DNA from: Candidatus Multivorans sp.
GTDB taxonomy: Bacteria; Acidobacteriota; Thermoanaerobaculia; Multivoradales; Multivoraceae
Reading direction: 5' to 3'
Assembly (NCBI GenBank): GCA_965247095.1
Contig: OZ251997.1
Span: 1,504,001 to 1,568,000 of the forward strand
Length of the DNA stretch: 64,000 nt
Shown: positions 59,266 through 64,000 of the stretch, piece by piece
Layout: every line of letters starts with the position of its first letter
How positions within the stretch are numbered: the first letter of the stretch is position 1
The notes under the pieces: model-generated
What the model saw: only the letters and a program-made list of their open reading frames with translations
What the model was told of the DNA's origin: nothing
The model's database searches: none
Translations under genes and position numbers: made by a program

Positions 59266-61273
59266 AGCCGCCGACGCGGTCGGCCAGCGCATCCAGCGGC
59301 TCCCTGCCCTGCCGGACCTCCGCGAGCCGCTCGAGCCAGCGGCCCGAAATCGCGTTCAAGCCGAAGCGGGCGCCTAGCACCGCACCGGCGACCGCCCCGT
59401 TCGTGTCCGTGTCTCCGCCTGCGCTGACGACGGCCACAAGCGCTTCTTCGAAGTCGGAGGCCTGGGTCGCGCACCAGAGTGCTACCTGCATCGCCTTCAG
59501 CGTGTAACCCATGTCGCTCCCGTCGAGGACCAGGTCCGCCGGCGCAATACCGCTCGGGATGGAACAGGCTTCCACGACGGTTTCCGACACGGCTCCCGCG
59601 ACTCCGAACTCCGCGAGGGAGTCACCAAGTCGCTCCGCCGTTTGCTGGGTGCGGCCAACCACATCCGGCACTTCGAGCGCAGCGCCCCGAAGGAGCCTTG
59701 CAATCGCCAGGTTCACCGTGACCGACGACCAGATGCAACGCGGATCCGCGTGGGTCACGACCGCGCTCAATGCCGTGTTCCTGACCAGGGCAACTTCGTC
59801 CCGCTTCCACCGGATCGCCAGTGGCGCACAGCGCATCACGGCGCCGTTGCCGGCGGAGTACCGGCCCGACTCCTCCCAAACCTGCCGCGCGGCCTCCAAC
59901 GCCGGTTGGCCGCTGGGCTCGCGCGCCCGAACTCCGGCGCCGCCAGCGCAACGAGGCATGTCGCCGCCGATCCGGGACAGGACGTCCGCGGTTTGAATCC
60001 CGATGCCGCGGCCGTTCTCCTCGGCCCAGACCCAGAATCGGCGACCAGTCTCCTCCACGTGGAGTTCGCCGGACCCGGCGTCGATGGACAACTCAGCCAG
60101 GATGATCGCTTGCGCCAGGTCGTCGTCGTCCGGCTCGCCGGGTTCGATTTCGATGTCGCGGATTCCGTTCGGGTAGGAAGCCTCAACCGCGTGACGTGGC
60201 CAGCCCTCCTGGGGGACGCCGAGCAGATTCCCGACGGCTAGGCCGACCATGAGGCCGCGGCTGCGGTCTTGAAGCTCCGCTTTCTGCAAGAACCACTCCT
60301 TCTTGTTGGCAAACGGGGCTTTGCCAAGACCAGCGTTCTTCCAGGCCTTCTTGACTTCGAGAGCGGAGTTCTTGTCCCACTTGGCGAAAGCAGAATTGGC
60401 GCCTCCCGCTTTCTTCTCGCGAAGCAACTCCTGAAACCGCCCATCTTCTCGCTGCTTGGCCCTCCAAGCGTCACTCACATGGTGTGGTCGTGCTTCACAC
60501 TCGGCGCGGCCCGGCAGCGCCGCCAAACCTCCCCGAACCTTGAAGAGGTCAGGAAAGTCGGGGTAATGCTCCTCGTGTCGCCCCGTGTAGTTCGTCATGC
60601 CCGGCGCCGTCAGTGTGCCCTTCGGCAAAGCAACGCTCCCAATCTTGTGTCGAGGATCCTCGACCCGAGATCTTCCCGGCTCCGCCGCACACTGACGCCA
60701 AGTGAGATTCACGGCTGCATTCTTAGGGTAGAACACCATCTCCGAGTACGGCAGATTGTCATGAATGAACCACGCGAGGGCGCGCCAATCGCGGTCCTTG
60801 TCCTCCTTCAGCCAGTCGACGAACCAGGGAATGACGACACAAGCGGTAGCACCGATCCAACCATCGGCGTCCTCGTGATCCCAGATGTGGCGAGCGTAGT
60901 TGTTCTGGTTCGAGGCACATCCCATCGCATTGGCATTGCAGAAACCGTTCACATTGGCGCTCCGGAAGGCGGAGCGGATCGTCACATGGCCGAAGATCGC
61001 GTGGAGCGGCTCCAACAGGTTCTTGCACAGGCCCCGTCCAGCCTTGATCGCCAGCTCGGCGTCATCCGGAACGTTCGCGATGCCGTGGGCTGCAGCTACT
61101 TCCGAGTACAGGAAGTCTCGCATGAAGAAATGCTCCGACATGCGGACACGACCGAGTGCATCGAGAGCTCCAAGGACCTTGTTCGGCGCTAGACCGGGTA
61201 GTAGCCCCTTCCGCTGCTTAGCTGCGAAGTCCTTCAGCGTCTTCGCGTCGGCTTTGGTAGTTCCGTCATTCAC
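59255..61273 (-). CDS. Fusion: peptidase M15-like N-terminal domain + ADP-ribosylglycohydrolase
   Basis: N-terminal GRVRMSEHFFMRDFLYSE..N.P..LC..LLEPL...IRSAFRS..VN; C-terminal GLAVGNLLG, DDD, GNGAVMR, TH, GGDTDTNGAVAG. Confidence 0.82.
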   Translation of the reverse strand: MNDGTTKADAKTLKDFAAKQRKGLLPGLAPNKVLGALDALGRVRMSEHFFMRDFLYSEVAAAHGIANVPDDAELAIKAGRGLCKNLLEPLHAIFGHVTIRSAFRSANVNGFCNANAMGCASNQNNYARHIWDHEDADGWIGATACVVIPWFVDWLKEDKDRDWRALAWFIHDNLPYSEMVFYPKNAAVNLTWRQCAAEPGRSRVEDPRHKIGSVALPKGTLTAPGMTNYTGRHEEHYPDFPDLFKVRGGLAALPGRAECEARPHHVSDAWRAKQREDGRFQELLREKKAGGANSAFAKWDKNSALEVKKAWKNAGLGKAPFANKKEWFLQKAELQDRSRGLMVGLAVGNLLGVPQEGWPRHAVEASYPNGIRDIEIEPGEPDDDDLAQAIILAELSIDAGSGELHVEETGRRFWVWAEENGRGIGIQTADVLSRIGGDMPRCAGGAGVRAREPSGQPALEAARQVWEESGRYSAGNGAVMRCAPLAIRWKRDEVALVRNTALSAVVTHADPRCIWSSVTVNLAIARLLRGAALEVPDVVGRTQQTAERLGDSLAEFGVAGAVSETVVEACSIPSGIAPADLVLDGSDMGYTLKAMQVALWCATQASDFEEALVAVVSAGGDTDTNGAVAGAVLGARFGLNAISGRWLERLAEVRQGREPLDALADRVGGSSG

Positions 61274-61365
61274 TTGTGCTGTCTCCGCTTGTTCTTCTCA
61301 AGAGCAACCGGTCAGTGCTCTCCCTTGCTACGTCAGCCCGCTCGGCACCGACGTCCAGCCCAGGC

Positions 61366-61526
61366 GGGTCAGGAGGGGTCAGCTCCCAGGTGCCTCTGAA
61401 CGAGCGACGCCCAACGACATTGAACTAACCGACGCCGAACCGGAGCGAGTGAGGCGGAGTGAGCGCCACCCCCTCCCATCTCCTCTCAAGCGCTCACGTC
61501 ACCTGGGAGCTGACCCCTCCTGACCC
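61366..61526. repeat. 161-bp REPIN/MITE-like element with perfect 27-bp terminal inverted repeats
   Basis: gggtcaggaggggtcagctcccaggtg (61366-61392) / cacctgggagctgacccctcctgaccc (61500-61526). Confidence 0.85.
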
Positions 61527-61576
61527 AAGACGGGCGGGTGCCACCGACGCCGTACCGGCTCCGTCGCGCCGACGAC

Positions 61577-62680
61577 CTATTCGCCGCCGGTGCTCTCTCC
61601 GCTCAGCGCGTCCGCCTCGAGGACCCGAGCCCCGCGAAGCGTGCCGCCCATGGAGTAGTTGCCCTCGTGGCACGCGTACTCGTAGACACGATCGTCGCTC
61701 GCCTGCCACAGGTACTCGCCGGTCCAGGGTGCGGTCCACACCGTGTCGTCCTCGACGGTGAAGTTGTAGATCACGCTGCCGTCGCGCTGCACAGCGAAGC
61801 GCTCGACGACGTGCGTGTTCTCCGAGCCCCCACGGAATGCCGGTTCGGTACGGAAGTTGGTTGTATCGACGACGAGCGTGTCGCCCTCCCACCAGCCGAT
61901 CGAGTCGCCCAACCACTTCGTGACCTCGGGGCCCGGATGCTCAGAATCGATGCGCACGATACGGGCGTCATGGATCATCTCGAGGAGGATGACGACGTGC
62001 GTGTCGGTCTGGACGATCCTCTTGAAGTTGTTGTACAGACTCGGAAGGGTGGGCGCGGCGCCGGTGAAGCCGGCAAGACACCGCTCACTCACAGGGAGCG
62101 TCTCGGGCCCATCGTAGGGGCCGGGCCCGTCCTGTCCGATCCACCACGCGCTCCCATCGTTGGGGCGCAGGAAACTCGCGAAGGCGGTCATCATCTTCTT
62201 CATCGCCGCCGGAGTCATGGCCGGCATCCGGCCGTTCGGGGGATCGAGGATGATCGACGTCGGGATCTGGCCGTCGACCCTGTAGGTGTCGGTTCCCCGA
62301 TCGATCCAGAACAGGTTGTAGCCGCCCACGTTGCCGGCGCCGAACTCGTTGCCGCCGCCCGCCGTGTGCTCCAGGCCGACCACCTTGGCGCCTCCCTCAG
62401 GCGGCGCCTCACGGTCCGCGTCCGACCGCTCGACTGCGCCTTCCTGAATCGCGCGCTCCTCGTCGGCGATCGCCTGGGCTTCCTCGGGCGTCAGATAGGC
62501 CCGATCGCCAAGGTGCGCTGGCCGCTCGAGTGGGGTCAGGGTCGCGGCGTCGTAGCTCCCGTTCAGATCGGGTCTGCCGCTCGCGGTTCGCGGAATCCCG
62601 TCGTCCTGAGCGGCGAGGGCCGGGGCACAGACGAGAACGAGGACGGCTACCGACAGCAAGCTTGCGATGCGCTTCGTCAT
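61577..62680 (-). CDS. Conserved exported hypothetical protein
   Basis: Signal peptide; PRTASGRPDL.G, ERC, IVQT, WLGDSIG.WEGDTLVVDTTNF, YEYACHEGN pattern. Confidence 0.85.
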   Translation of the reverse strand: MTKRIASLLSVAVLVLVCAPALAAQDDGIPRTASGRPDLNGSYDAATLTPLERPAHLGDRAYLTPEEAQAIADEERAIQEGAVERSDADREAPPEGGAKVVGLEHTAGGGNEFGAGNVGGYNLFWIDRGTDTYRVDGQIPTSIILDPPNGRMPAMTPAAMKKMMTAFASFLRPNDGSAWWIGQDGPGPYDGPETLPVSERCLAGFTGAAPTLPSLYNNFKRIVQTDTHVVILLEMIHDARIVRIDSEHPGPEVTKWLGDSIGWWEGDTLVVDTTNFRTEPAFRGGSENTHVVERFAVQRDGSVIYNFTVEDDTVWTAPWTGEYLWQASDDRVYEYACHEGNYSMGGTLRGARVLEADALSGESTGGE

Positions 62681-62746
62681 TCGGGACCTCCAATCGGAAC
62701 TGAATCGATCGAACTAGTCTAGCGCCACTGCGCTTCGGGGAGCCAG

Positions 62747-64000
62747 CTACTCGGCCGGACTCCTCAGGCTCTCCGCCGCGCGGAGGACACGGAGGAAGTT
62801 GCCGCCCCAGATCTTCGCGATGTCCTCCTCGCTGTAGCCGCGCTCGAGCAGGCCCGCGGTCACGCCCAAGGCCTCGCTGGCATCCGCGAAGCCTTCGACG
62901 CCGCCTCCGTGGTTGAAGTCCGTTCCGATGCCGACGTGGTCCACGCCGATACGCCCGACGACGTAGTCGAGGTGGTCGAGCATCGAGTCCACGCTGCCGG
63001 GCCCGAGGAGTTCGCTGATCGACTGCACGAAGGCCCCGCGCGCAGCGGGGTCGTCGATCTCCCAGTACAGCTCGAACGGATAGAGGTAGTCCTCCAGGAC
63101 GCCGGCGGCTCGCCGCGCCTCCCGGATCGCCTCGTCCAACGACGGATCGGCCGAGTCGAAGAGGTAGCCCCGGAACGGGCAGACATGGATCACGCCGCCG
63201 ATCTCGCCGATGCGATCGATCTCCTCGTCGCTCAGGTTGCGGCTAGCGTCGGTGAGCTGCCGTACGTTGGAATGGCTGGCGATCACCGGGGCCGTCGAGA
63301 TCTCGAGCACTCGCAAGGCCGCCGACCGGGACAACTGGGACACGTCGACCACGCCGCCCAGGGCATTGATTCGCTCGATGGCGGCGACACCGAGGCCGGA
63401 CAGCCCTCCATGCTCAACCGGTTCGTGAGTGCCCGTCGCCGCGTCGAAGACGGGTCGCGACGAGTCGGCGAAGTCGTTGTGACCCATGTGGGTGAGCGCG
63501 AACACCCGCGCACCCGCAGCGTAGAACTCGTCCAGCGCCGAGACGTCCGTGCCGAGGGTCAGCGCATTCTGGAAGCCGAGAACAAGCGCCGCCTTGCCCT
63601 GCTCGTGGGCATCGACCAACTCGTCGGCCGAACGGGCGACCACCGCGTTGTTCGCCGGGTCGGCCGCCAGCGCGAGAACGGCCGCTATCTCTTCGTCCGC
63701 CCTTGCCCGCGCCACCGCAAAGCCTTCCGGTGTTCGCGGCCCGGGGCCGACCGCGACGGACATGACGACCGCATCGACACCGCCCGCGTGGAGCTTGGCG
63801 GGGTCGACCTGCGAGAGTCCATCGTCGCCGACGTAGGGGGAAGGCGCGTCCGGAAGCTCGATGTCCGCGTGGGCGTCGAGGACCAGCACGCGCTCATGGA
63901 TGGATCGAGCGCGTTCGAGCAGCGCATCGGGCGACTGGTCCGCATCGGAGGTGCTCTCACCGGGAGGACCAGCGCACGCCGATGCCATGACGGCGACAAG
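62747..64000 (-). CDS. Membrane dipeptidase (M19) lipoprotein; start probably beyond the window
   Basis: LDAHAD, LTH..HN, ASHS, RNLSDEE, DHVGIGTDF, KIWGGNFLRV. Confidence 0.9.
   Translation of the reverse strand, partial: LVAVMASACAGPPGESTSDADQSPDALLERARSIHERVLVLDAHADIELPDAPSPYVGDDGLSQVDPAKLHAGGVDAVVMSVAVGPGPRTPEGFAVARARADEEIAAVLALAADPANNAVVARSADELVDAHEQGKAALVLGFQNALTLGTDVSALDEFYAAGARVFALTHMGHNDFADSSRPVFDAATGTHEPVEHGGLSGLGVAAIERINALGGVVDVSQLSRSAALRVLEISTAPVIASHSNVRQLTDASRNLSDEEIDRIGEIGGVIHVCPFRGYLFDSADPSLDEAIREARRAAGVLEDYLYPFELYWEIDDPAARGAFVQSISELLGPGSVDSMLDHLDYVVGRIGVDHVGIGTDFNHGGGVEGFADASEALGVTAGLLERGYSEEDIAKIWGGNFLRVLRAAESLRSPAE

Noticed and set aside
61409-61440. attC-like half site (GCCCAAC..gaactaacc) inside the inverted-repeat element; also shares tcaatgtcgttg with the IS right end
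   Set aside because: No matching GTTRRRY partner arm, no cassette array or integrase; a 12-bp match can arise by chance.

Overview
High-GC bacterial chromosome segment. The gene content (CRTAC1/ASPIC-UnbV + TPR, DUF3604, DUF1800, sulfatases, PQQ dehydrogenase, many lipoproteins) suggests an Acidobacteriota-like, possibly host-associated organism; this is inference only. It holds about 45 CDS, mostly exported hydrolases and metabolic enzymes. It also carries a cusCBA-type copper efflux operon, a MacAB-type ABC exporter whose ATPase is split by an IS3-family element (6-bp target duplication), one tRNA-Thr(CGT), six type II toxin-antitoxin loci (two decayed) and a dispersed 32-bp REP-like palindrome family. 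The best candidate for an undescribed system is a stand-alone two-gene unit at 42.6-45.4 kb: an unannotated 58-aa ORF coupled to an 815-aa Rad50/RloC-like zinc-hook ATPase with a HEPN-like/Zn-ribbon tail. Other notable items are a peptidase-M15-like/ADP-ribosylglycohydrolase fusion next to a 161-bp element with perfect 27-bp inverted repeats, a relay of two repeated minigenes inside the ABC operon, and a Cys/Met-rich putative leader protein heading the cus operon. No CRISPR array or rRNA was seen. All family calls come from motif recognition, not database searches.
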